From Candidatus Saccharimonadota bacterium (GTDB lineage: Bacteria > Patescibacteriota > Saccharimonadia > Saccharimonadales > Saccharimonadaceae): DNA of 32,000 bases. This document shows positions 1-7,726 of the stretch, one piece after another (within the stretch, counting starts at the first letter, position 1; each line of letters opens with the position of its first letter). A model generated the notes under the pieces. That model was not told the origin of the DNA, did no database searches, and saw only the letters and a list, made by a program, of their open reading frames with translations. A program made the translations under genes and the position numbers. The stretch is taken from assembly GCA_001897305.1 (NCBI GenBank), contig MKSO01000001.1, positions 240,001-272,000 of the forward strand, in the 5' to 3' direction.

Positions 1-65
1 GTATTTGATACACTCGCAGCCGTCTCCGTAATACGCAGTTGTAACTAGACGGCCTTTAGTAAAAA

Positions 66-74
66 TGCTATAAT
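66..74 (+). promoter_or_regulatory. candidate extended -10 element (TGcTATAAT) upstream of rpsB-tsf
   Basis: TGCTATAAT lies at 66-74, about 90 nt upstream of the rpsB ATG. The same TGnTAnAnT pattern recurs upstream of many genes in this window. Sequence pattern only. Confidence 0.4.
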
Positions 75-163
75 AAGAGTGTAACGAGTTTTAATGAAAC
101 ACCCATCCGCAAGTTACTCCTGAAGTTTCAGGTGCGCGTGGGGAAGTAAAAAGGAGTAATATC

Positions 164-880
164 ATGGCCATAGAGGTTGATATTAAACAGCTGCTCGAAG
201 CTGGTGTTCACTTTGGACATAAAACGAGCCGTTGGCACCCAAAGATGGCGCCATACATTCACAGCAAACGTCAGGACAGCCACATTATTGACCTGACAAA
301 AACAGTTGAAGCCCTCGACAAGGCATTGCCTTTCTTGACTGCAACTGCTGCTGCAGGTAAGCCAATTCTTTTCGTGGCTACTAAAAAGCAAACTAAAGAT
401 TTGGTTCGTAAAACAGCCGAAAGCCTTGGTCAGCCATACGTAACCGAGCGTTGGCTTGGTGGCATGCTCACTAACGTGAACACAATTACTACTCAAATCA
501 AGAAGCTGAAAGACCTCGAACGCAACATGGCGTCAGGTGCTTTTGAAAAGAAGTACAACAAGCTTGAAATCCAGCGTTTCCAAGAGGAAATCGACGAGCT
601 CAACAAGAAGTACTCTGGTGTAAAAGACCTTTCTGGCAAGCCAGGCGCAGTATTTATCATAGATGTACTCGGTGATGTAAACGCGATTAACGAAGCCAAG
701 ACCCTCGGTGTTCCAGTGGTTGCTTTGGCTGACACCAACGTTGACCCAAGCCGTATCGACTATGTTATCCCTGGTAACGACGACGCGATTAAGGGTGTAT
801 CACTTATTCTTGACTACGTAGCGCAAGCTATCGAAGCTGGTAAAGGTGTAAGCAAAAAGGACAAAGAAGGGGAGGCGTAA
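164..880 (+). CDS. rpsB: 30S ribosomal protein S2
   Basis: 238-aa ORF with SD AAGGAG 7 nt upstream of the ATG. The N-terminus (LLEAGVHFGH...RWHPKM) and the GVPVVALADTNVDP motif are typical of S2. Followed by tsf in the conserved order. Confidence 0.95.
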   Translation: MAIEVDIKQLLEAGVHFGHKTSRWHPKMAPYIHSKRQDSHIIDLTKTVEALDKALPFLTATAAAGKPILFVATKKQTKDLVRKTAESLGQPYVTERWLGGMLTNVNTITTQIKKLKDLERNMASGAFEKKYNKLEIQRFQEEIDELNKKYSGVKDLSGKPGAVFIIDVLGDVNAINEAKTLGVPVVALADTNVDPSRIDYVIPGNDDAIKGVSLILDYVAQAIEAGKGVSKKDKEGEA

Positions 881-885
881 TAACC

Positions 886-1482
886 ATGGCAGTATCAATC
901 GACGACATTAAAAAGCTAAAAGAACTTACCGGTGTTGGTTTGACTGACGCTAAAACAGCCCTTGTTGAGGCTGATGGTGACTTCGACAAAGCCCTTGAAG
1001 CTATGCGCAAAAAAGGCCTCACCAAAGCTGAAAAGAAAGCTGACCGTGAAGCTCTTGAAGGTGTGATCGACAGCTACGTACACGGTGGCCGCATCGGCGT
1101 ATTAGTAGAAGTAAACTGTGAAACTGACTTTGTTGCTCGTACTGACAACTTCAAAGAGTTTGCTCACATGATTGCTTTGCAGGTTGCTTCAATGAGCCCA
1201 ATCTATGTGTCTGAAGCCGACATTCCAGCCGAAGAACTTGAGCGTGTTCGCCAGGAAGCACTTGCCAGCGACGCCTTAAAGGGTAAGCCAGCTGACATTG
1301 CCGACAAAATCGTTGAAGGCCAGGTTAAAAAGCACTTTGCCGACAAAGTCCTTTTGAACCAAAGCTACATCATGGACGATTCTAAAACAGTGGCTGATTT
1401 CTTGAAAGAAACCATTGCGAAGACTGGTGAAAACGTTGTTGTTCGTCGTTTCAAGCGTATCGAACTTGGCGTTAACGACTAG
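886..1482 (+). CDS. tsf: translation elongation factor Ts (short, about 198 aa form)
   Basis: N-terminal UBA-like motif IKKLKELTGVGLTDAKTALVEADGDFDKALEAMRKKG, then the VEVNCETDFVART motif. Directly follows rpsB. Confidence 0.93.
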   Translation: MAVSIDDIKKLKELTGVGLTDAKTALVEADGDFDKALEAMRKKGLTKAEKKADREALEGVIDSYVHGGRIGVLVEVNCETDFVARTDNFKEFAHMIALQVASMSPIYVSEADIPAEELERVRQEALASDALKGKPADIADKIVEGQVKKHFADKVLLNQSYIMDDSKTVADFLKETIAKTGENVVVRRFKRIELGVND

Positions 1483-1494
1483 GTAGGTATCGAT

Positions 1495-1530
1495 AGTAAA
1501 AAATAGACTCCAACCGGGGTCTATTTTTCT
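1495..1530. terminator. bidirectional intrinsic terminator between convergent tsf and the minus-strand gene
   Basis: Stem TAGACTCC (1504-1511) pairs with GGGGTCTA (1516-1523), including one G-T pair; loop AACC. An A-run lies upstream and a T-run downstream. The stem overlaps the stop codon of the minus-strand ORF. Confidence 0.6.
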
Positions 1531-2570
1531 TTTTGCTGATTGGCCAAGGTGTGCATCGTGCGAGAGGTGAGGCGGCCAATAGTGTTTTCTTCGACGTAGC
1601 CGAAGTCGGCCGTAATGGCGATGGCAGGCGTAAAGGTGCGATCATATTGGTGTGCAATAGCCTCAATACCTTCGTGTAGTCGTTGCATAAATGCCCGGGT
1701 GTAGTGCTGTTTGAACGTGGCAAACGATTGCGGAAGATAAGGACTGAAGTATTCAGGTAGGGGAAGTACAATATAGGCACCGTCACCCTGGTCATCATAG
1801 GCTTCATGTATACCAGCCTGTAGCCGCTTATGATATGAGGTGTACGTGTAGGTTAATTCGCGAAGAAACGCATGGACTTGTCCGACAAAAGCATCGTAGA
1901 CGCCGCCCAGGTCGCTATGTACAAAGTGAGTTGAATTCTTGATGTCCCAACGAATAACAAAGGCATTAGGGGCGATTGGTTGCTCGAGTTCAAGTCCGGT
2001 AGCCAGCGATTTGATGCCTTTGGCTTCTCTGGCTATGCGCTGCAGGCGTGCTGTTTGGTCGGCGATATGCTGTACTTCCGAGCGGTGTTGTCGATGTAAT
2101 GCGCTCATCTCTTCATTTTCTAGTAGATCAACACCCGTCCCGGGTGACTCTGGAGTGAATGAATACTGGAGAGCGCCCACGGTTCGGCCGTCATGCGCTA
2201 GCGGCTGAGTATATACGAATTGGTTGTTGAGCGGGTTGATGGCGCTCATGTCAAAGCGGGGTGGGCTGTTCGGTTTTAGCGCTTCTTGTAGAGCTGTTTT
2301 CGCAACAAGTAGCCGGCGTCCGATAATATTATCTGTGCGGAATTCGTAGCGCTCAGGAGCGGTGTCATAAGCATTCGCATTCGCCAACGGTATGGCTAGA
2401 GCTTCCCCTGGTTCGTGGCCAAAACTAACAACACCATCATAACTGCCACTCGCATAGGAAAGGCTATCATTGAGAGCTTGGGTTGCTTTATGTATTTCAT
2501 CCTGGGCACGAATGACGTCGCTGCGCTCACTAAAGCGCTCATAACCACCCGGCAATGGTAATGTTTTCAT
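1521..2570 (-). CDS. hypothetical signalling protein: N-terminal GAF-like region, predicted helical linker, C-terminal class III nucleotidyl cyclase-like domain (function tentative)
   Basis: 349-aa ORF and the only long minus-strand ORF in the first 31 kb. C-terminal motifs: FVIRWDIKNST (compare F-x-D-I-x-G-S/F-T), DDQGDGAYIVLP (compare GDG metal site), AIAITADFGYVEEN...GRLTSRTMHTLA (compare RIGIHTG...N-x-A-S-R). It is coding with good confidence, but the function call is weak. Confidence 0.6.
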   Translation of the reverse strand: MKTLPLPGGYERFSERSDVIRAQDEIHKATQALNDSLSYASGSYDGVVSFGHEPGEALAIPLANANAYDTAPERYEFRTDNIIGRRLLVAKTALQEALKPNSPPRFDMSAINPLNNQFVYTQPLAHDGRTVGALQYSFTPESPGTGVDLLENEEMSALHRQHRSEVQHIADQTARLQRIAREAKGIKSLATGLELEQPIAPNAFVIRWDIKNSTHFVHSDLGGVYDAFVGQVHAFLRELTYTYTSYHKRLQAGIHEAYDDQGDGAYIVLPLPEYFSPYLPQSFATFKQHYTRAFMQRLHEGIEAIAHQYDRTFTPAIAITADFGYVEENTIGRLTSRTMHTLANQQKEK

Positions 2571-2686
2571 GTATTAAGTATTATTATATCACTAATGTAA
2601 GAATGTTGCAATTCTCAACAGGGGTGAGTGTTGGTTGATGATGACAAGATGATGTATAATAAGGTCAATCAAAGAAAGCGAGAAAT

Positions 2687-3241
2687 ATGTTCGATACTAA
2701 ACAATATGATGACCGTTTTGCTGCTGCAGTAACTCATTTCCAGGAAGAGCTTAAAAAGGTACGCACTGGCCGTGCCCACCCGTCAATGCTCGATGGCTTA
2801 ACCGTTGAGGCCTACGGTCAGCCAATGCCGCTTAACCAGGTGGCCAACGTGGTCGCTGCTGAGGCCCAGCTTATTACCGTCACTCCGTTCGACCCAAGCA
2901 ACCTACAGGCAATCGTTTCTGCTATTCGGGCCGACCAAACACTGGGCTTAAACCCAAGCGATGATGGCCGTGTGGTACGTGTGCCAATTCCACCGCTCAC
3001 TGAAGAGCGCCGTAAGCAAATTGTGAAGCAAACTTCTGAAAAAGTGGAGGATGCCAAAGTGGCGCTACGCAATATTCGCCAAGACGCCCTTAAAGAAGCG
3101 AAGCGGCTTAAGGATGCCAAAGAACTATCCGAAGATGACCAGAAGCGTGTCGAAAAGGCAATTGACGATTCCGTTGCGACTTTTGGTGCTCAAGTTGACG
3201 CTGCCTTTAAAGATAAAGAAAAAGAAATCCTAACTATTTAA
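2687..3241 (+). CDS. frr: ribosome recycling factor
   Basis: 184-aa ORF with typical RRF features: LKKVRTGRAHPSMLDGLTVEAYG, PIPPLTEERRKQIVK and a charged C-terminal helix. Its stop overlaps the uppS start (TAATG at 3239-3243). Confidence 0.93.
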   Translation: MFDTKQYDDRFAAAVTHFQEELKKVRTGRAHPSMLDGLTVEAYGQPMPLNQVANVVAAEAQLITVTPFDPSNLQAIVSAIRADQTLGLNPSDDGRVVRVPIPPLTEERRKQIVKQTSEKVEDAKVALRNIRQDALKEAKRLKDAKELSEDDQKRVEKAIDDSVATFGAQVDAAFKDKEKEILTI

Positions 3242-3942
3242 TGTCTGAAAAAACCGCTACACCATTGCCAGCACACATAGGCTATATTGTTGATGGCAAC
3301 CGCCGCTGGGCGAAGACGCATGGGTTGCCTGTGTACGAGGGGCACCTGGCTGGCTATAACGCTTTAAAAGAGGTCGCCATTGCAACAATTGAGGCTGGCG
3401 TACCTTACGTGTCGGCGTATATTTTTTCGACGGAAAACTGGCAGCGGAGTGCTGACGAGGTCAAAAAACTACTTGGGCTTGTGTTAAGACTTGTTACAAG
3501 TGATGTGCCAGAATTTCAGCGTCGCAATATTCGACTTCGCCTTATGGGCTCACGCGAAAATGTACCGGCTAAGATTTTGAAGGCCATCGATAAGGCTGAG
3601 GCTGCTACGGCGAATAACACCGCTGGAACAATTATTCTTGGGTTTAATTACGGTGGCCAAATAGAAGTGGCTGAGGCGGTTAAAAAAATTGTTCAGTCTG
3701 GTGTTGCAGCCGAAGCTATTACCGTAGACACTATTGCCGAAGCCCTCTACGTACCAGATGTACCACCAGCTGATTTGATTGTCCGGACAAGTGGCGAACA
3801 GCGCTTGTCGAATTTCTTGCTATGGCGCTCGGCGTATAGCGAGTTGTTATTTTTAAAAAAGTCATGGCCGGATATGACAAAAGAAGATGTCGACGCTATA
3901 ATGAAAGAATACGCAAAACGGCAACGGCGCTTCGGGGCATAA
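3241..3942 (+). CDS. uppS: undecaprenyl-diphosphate synthase (cis-prenyltransferase)
   Basis: Motifs HIGYIVDGNRRWAK, FSTENWQR and RTSGEQRLSNFLLW. frr-uppS adjacency is conserved. Confidence 0.93.
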   Translation: MSEKTATPLPAHIGYIVDGNRRWAKTHGLPVYEGHLAGYNALKEVAIATIEAGVPYVSAYIFSTENWQRSADEVKKLLGLVLRLVTSDVPEFQRRNIRLRLMGSRENVPAKILKAIDKAEAATANNTAGTIILGFNYGGQIEVAEAVKKIVQSGVAAEAITVDTIAEALYVPDVPPADLIVRTSGEQRLSNFLLWRSAYSELLFLKKSWPDMTKEDVDAIMKEYAKRQRRFGA

Positions 3943-3986
3943 CCGTAAGCAATATATAAGCTGTATCGTCTAACTTTGGAGGGAAA

Positions 3987-5126
3987 ATGCTGATCTTAGG
4001 AATTATTGTCGGTTTGGTGGTGCTGGTTATTTTGGTTGTACTGCACGAGCTTGGCCATGCCATTGTCGCTAAACGCAATGGGGTAGTGGTAGAAGAATTT
4101 GGCATTGGTTTTCCTCCTAAAGCCTGGGGTAAAAAACTAAAGAACGGCATGTTGTTTACTATTAACTGGTTGCCGCTCGGTGGTTTTGTGAAGCTTCAAG
4201 GTGAACACGACGCCGCGACGCATAAAGGCGACTATGGCGCAGCGACGTTTTGGCAAAAAACCAAAATCCTCCTGGCAGGTGTAGTAGCAAACTGGCTTGT
4301 CGCTGTGTTGTTATTAACTGGGCTAGCGTTAACTTCGGGGATTCCAAAAATTATCCCTGACCAATTTTCAATTCCTGCCGATACTACAACGGTATCGACC
4401 CCTGTTCAAATAACCAATTTAGTCGATAATTACCCAGCCAAAAAAGCTGGGCTGCAAACGGGCGACAAGATCATTCGTTTTGACGGCGAGAAGATTGACA
4501 CGGTTCAACAACTTATTACTGCTAGTAAGGCCCATCGCGGCCAAACTGTTGCCGTCGAGTACACCCGTGATGGCACGACTAATAAGGTAAATGTGACTTT
4601 GCGTAACGCCGATTCGGCCGTTTTTGGTGCTGGTTTAGGTCAACAAGATAGCATAAAGGCTACATGGTCGGCACCGGTAGTGGGTGTGGTAACAACTGCA
4701 CAATACACTTGGGTGACATTACAAGGCTTTGGTAATCTGGTGGTTAACTTCTTTGGCGGCTTGATAGGGCAGCTAAGTACTAGCGAGGCGGGTCGCGCAG
4801 CTGCTAGTGAGCGGCTTAACGAAGCGGGTGCGAGCGTAGCTGGTCCGTTGGGTATATTAGGGGTTATTTTCCCAGCTGCGAGCGAAGCCGGCGTGGCGCA
4901 AGTGGTGTTCTTGGCGGCGATTATATCTTTGACACTGGCAGTTATGAACGCCTTGCCGATCCCAGCGCTTGATGGCGGTAGGTGGTTTGTAAGCGCCCTC
5001 TATAAAGTTCTTAAACGTCCGCTCACCAAAGAAAAAGAAGAAAAAATCCATGGTACTGGTTTTGCGGTACTGATGTTATTGGTAATTGTTATTACGGTAA
5101 GCGATGTCTTCAAATTCTTCAAATAA
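3987..5126 (+). CDS. rseP: RIP site-2 metalloprotease, M50 family (RseP-like) with PDZ domain
   Basis: HELGH zinc motif near the N-terminus (VLHELGHAIVAK) and the second motif NALPIPALDGG near the C-terminus. PDZ-like segment (PAKKAGLQTGDKIIRFDG). SD GGAGGG upstream. Confidence 0.85.
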   Translation: MLILGIIVGLVVLVILVVLHELGHAIVAKRNGVVVEEFGIGFPPKAWGKKLKNGMLFTINWLPLGGFVKLQGEHDAATHKGDYGAATFWQKTKILLAGVVANWLVAVLLLTGLALTSGIPKIIPDQFSIPADTTTVSTPVQITNLVDNYPAKKAGLQTGDKIIRFDGEKIDTVQQLITASKAHRGQTVAVEYTRDGTTNKVNVTLRNADSAVFGAGLGQQDSIKATWSAPVVGVVTTAQYTWVTLQGFGNLVVNFFGGLIGQLSTSEAGRAAASERLNEAGASVAGPLGILGVIFPAASEAGVAQVVFLAAIISLTLAVMNALPIPALDGGRWFVSALYKVLKRPLTKEKEEKIHGTGFAVLMLLVIVITVSDVFKFFK

Positions 5127-5883
5127 CCCTGCAGTACAGCCAAGCATGTCGCCGATGCGTAAGTTTGGGTACGCCATTGGTTTAGCGGCATGGGTCTTCG
5201 CTGGCTTTATGCTGGCCCAGTTACTGGCAATTGGTGTCGTAGAGTTTCTTAAGCTGCTCCATATTCCGCTGGGTGCCATAAATACGACGGTATTTAACAC
5301 GCTTGCAGCAGCAATGGTATACGGCATGGCTATTGTGATTGTTTTGGGCGTACCTTGGCTTATAAGCAAGAAACGCACGACACTAAAAGATTTAGGTCTG
5401 CAGCGGCTTTTGAGCTGGATGGACATCCTTTGGGCGCCAGCTGGAGCGGTTGTCTATCTTATATTGACTACACTAGTATCGGCGGCGGCATCGGTTGTTT
5501 TGCCCTTTATCGACTACGCGCAAAAACAGGACACGGGGTTCTCGCAACTTGCCAGCCAGCCTGAATATCTATTGGCTTTTGTTAGTTTGGTGATAATTGC
5601 GCCTTTCGCCGAAGAGATTCTTTTCCGCGGGTATCTGTTTGGCAAATTGCGTAAACATATGTCACTGTGGGCTGCTATCTTAGTAACGAGCCTTTTGTTT
5701 GGCCTGGTGCACTTCCAGTGGAATGTTAGTGTCGATGTGTTTGCGTTAAGTATTGTGCTGTGTTTGCTGCGGGTTGTATCAGGTAGTTTGTGGCCGTCCA
5801 TTTTGCTGCACATGTTAAAAAATGGCATTGCCTTTTATTTTCTCTTTATAAATCCAACAGTCCTTAGTACACTAGGAGGGTAA
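5104..5883 (+). CDS. CPBP family intramembrane glutamic endopeptidase (CAAX/Abi-like)
   Basis: Polytopic membrane ORF with EEILFRGYLF (EExxxR), FGLVH and LLHMLKN motifs. It overlaps the rseP end by 23 nt. An alternative start at ATG 5146 is possible. Confidence 0.8.
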   Translation: MSSNSSNNPAVQPSMSPMRKFGYAIGLAAWVFAGFMLAQLLAIGVVEFLKLLHIPLGAINTTVFNTLAAAMVYGMAIVIVLGVPWLISKKRTTLKDLGLQRLLSWMDILWAPAGAVVYLILTTLVSAAASVVLPFIDYAQKQDTGFSQLASQPEYLLAFVSLVIIAPFAEEILFRGYLFGKLRKHMSLWAAILVTSLLFGLVHFQWNVSVDVFALSIVLCLLRVVSGSLWPSILLHMLKNGIAFYFLFINPTVLSTLGG

Positions 5884-5884
5884 T

Positions 5885-7126
5885 ATGCGAGTTTCACACT
5901 TATTTACTAAGACGTTAAAAAACGCCCCAGCCGACGAAGTGGCCAAAAATGCCCAGCTTCTCATTCGGGCTGGTTTTGTATACAAAGAAATGGCCGGTGT
6001 GTATGCGTACTTGCCACTTGGTCTTCGAGTACTCGAGAACATTAAGGCAATTGTGCGTGAAGAAATGAACGCAATTGATAGCAATGAGCTTATTATGACG
6101 ACCCTCCAGCGTAAAGAGGTGTGGGAAAAAACCACCCGTTGGAGCGATGAAGTAGTCGATGTTTGGTTCAAGACGCGCCTTAAGGACGATACCGAGCTTG
6201 GCTTAGGTTGGAGTCACGAAGAGCCAATTGTTGAAATGATGAAGCAGTACATACACAGTTACCGAGATTTACCAGTTAGCTTGTACCAGTTCCAGCCAAA
6301 GATGCGTAATGAGCTGCGCGCGAAAAGCGGCATCATGCGTGGGCGTGAATTTATTATGAAAGATATGTATTCATTCCACGCCAGCAAAGAGGACCTTGAT
6401 GCCTATTACGAAAAGGTTATCGAAGCCTACAAGCGCGTCTATGATCGCCTTGGTATTGGTGGCGATACATACGTAACATTTGCTAGCGGGGGAGCTTTTA
6501 CAAAGTTCAGCCACGAGTTCCAGACTATTTGTGAAGCTGGTGAAGATGTTATTTACCTCCACCGTGAGAAAAACATTGCCATTAACGAGGAAGTCTTAGA
6601 CGACGCAGTAGTAGAATTGGGCATTACTCGCGAGGAGCTCGAACCGGTTAAGACTGCTGAATCGGGCAACATCTTCAACTTTGGTTCGCAAAAAACTGAT
6701 GAAATGGGCTTATATTACACCGATGCGGAGGGTAAGCAACAGTCGCTCTATATTGGTTCATACGGCATTGGTATTACCCGGGCTATGGGTGTTATTGCCG
6801 AAAAAATGAGCGATGAAAAGGGCCTCGTGTGGCCTAAGAGTATTGCCCCGTACCATGTGTATTTGGTAAGTATTGGCGATGTTGATGAAGAGGCCACGAA
6901 ATTGTATGGAGAATTGAAGGCTGCCGGTATTACTGTGTTATTCGATGACCGTGACGAGCGCCCGGGTGCTAAGTTCTCTGATGCTGAGTTGATTGGCCTG
7001 CCGTACCGTGTTACCATTAGCCGACGTCTTTTGGATGAAGGAAAGCTCGAATTAACATACCGAGCAACTGGTGAAACAGAGGTGTTGACACCTAGTGAAG
7101 TGCTTGCTAAAATAGCAGAAATGTAG
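5885..7126 (+). CDS. proS: prolyl-tRNA synthetase, bacterial type, lacking the INS editing domain
   Basis: N-terminus LLIRAGFV...GVYAYLPLGLRV, motif 2 RGREFIMKDMYSFH, motif 3 region GSYGIGITRAMG. Only 413 aa, with about 25 residues where the roughly 180-aa INS domain sits in E. coli ProRS. SD AGGAGG upstream. Confidence 0.9.
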   Translation: MRVSHLFTKTLKNAPADEVAKNAQLLIRAGFVYKEMAGVYAYLPLGLRVLENIKAIVREEMNAIDSNELIMTTLQRKEVWEKTTRWSDEVVDVWFKTRLKDDTELGLGWSHEEPIVEMMKQYIHSYRDLPVSLYQFQPKMRNELRAKSGIMRGREFIMKDMYSFHASKEDLDAYYEKVIEAYKRVYDRLGIGGDTYVTFASGGAFTKFSHEFQTICEAGEDVIYLHREKNIAINEEVLDDAVVELGITREELEPVKTAESGNIFNFGSQKTDEMGLYYTDAEGKQQSLYIGSYGIGITRAMGVIAEKMSDEKGLVWPKSIAPYHVYLVSIGDVDEEATKLYGELKAAGITVLFDDRDERPGAKFSDAELIGLPYRVTISRRLLDEGKLELTYRATGETEVLTPSEVLAKIAEM

Positions 7127-7137
7127 GTGTATGAGAT

Positions 7138-7167
7138 ACTCCCTACGCTATATATAGCGTAGGGGGT
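7138..7167 (+). terminator. stem-loop downstream of proS (candidate terminator, weak U-tract)
   Basis: Perfect palindrome CCCTACGCTATATATAGCGTAGGG at 7141-7164, extendable by about 3 bp. It starts 15 nt after the proS stop. The downstream sequence has only a short T-run (CTTTATC). Confidence 0.45.
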
Positions 7168-7212
7168 GCGCTTTATCAGGGATTTTAAAGAACATTTAAG
7201 GAAATTATTAGA

Positions 7213-7668
7213 ATGAAAAAACAATATCAGATTACGGCTGAAGGTAAGAAAGAATTAGAGGCTGAGTTGGCCGAATTAAAATCTCGTCGCGGAGAGGTTG
7301 CCGACAAGATTTCTGAAGCTCGTGACTTCGGTGATTTAAGCGAAAATGCCGAATACGATGCAGCTCGCGAAGAGCAGGGTCTGCTTGAAACACGTATTGC
7401 AGAAATTGAAGATATTCTTAACAACGCTGAAATTATTAAAGCCTCAAGCAAGAGTACTATTGGCCTTGGTAGCCGTGTCGAACTTAAAACCGGTGCAAAA
7501 AAAGTAGTGTACACCATTGTTGGCCCCGTAGAGGCTGATCCGCTTGAAGGCAAGGTCAGTAACGAATCACCAATCGGTATGGCACTGTATGGCAAGAAAG
7601 TTGACGAAAAAGTCACCATCACCACACCTAAGGGTGATATCTCTTACACTATTGTTTCAGTTGGCTAA
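7213..7668 (+). CDS. greA: transcription elongation factor GreA
   Basis: 151 aa. N-terminal coiled coil with DLSENAEYDAAREEQ and a C-terminal FKBP-like domain (ISNESPIGMALYGKKVDE). Confidence 0.92.
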   Translation: MKKQYQITAEGKKELEAELAELKSRRGEVADKISEARDFGDLSENAEYDAAREEQGLLETRIAEIEDILNNAEIIKASSKSTIGLGSRVELKTGAKKVVYTIVGPVEADPLEGKVSNESPIGMALYGKKVDEKVTITTPKGDISYTIVSVG

Positions 7669-7707
7669 GTCTTGTCTCGCTAAGGTGTAGCCGTACGTCC
7701 TGTAAGC

Positions 7708-7716
7708 TGATATACT
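7708..7716 (+). promoter_or_regulatory. candidate extended -10 (TGaTATACT) 10 nt upstream of the lysS ATG (leaderless-type arrangement)
   Basis: TGATATACT lies at 7708-7716 and the ATG at 7727, with no SD between them. It is embedded in the hairpin GCTGATA-TACT-TATCAGC (7706-7723). Confidence 0.35.
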
Positions 7717-7726
7717 TATCAGCGAT

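Noticed and set aside
19-52. Stem GCCGTCT/AGACGGC with a 20-nt loop at the window start, as a possible terminator of an upstream gene
   Set aside because: It has only 7 bp, a large loop and a weak T-run. The upstream gene is outside the window, so the call cannot be supported.
128-496. 122-aa minus-strand ORF overlapping the rpsB start
   Set aside because: It is antisense to rpsB, which has a strong SD and family motifs. The product is Cys/Ser-rich with no recognisable features.
1521-2570. Pycsar- or CBASS-type anti-phage operon centred on the cyclase-like gene
   Set aside because: No effector gene (TM, TIR, nuclease or patatin) is adjacent. The gene is flanked convergently by tsf and divergently by frr, and the N-terminal sensor-like domain fits housekeeping signalling better.
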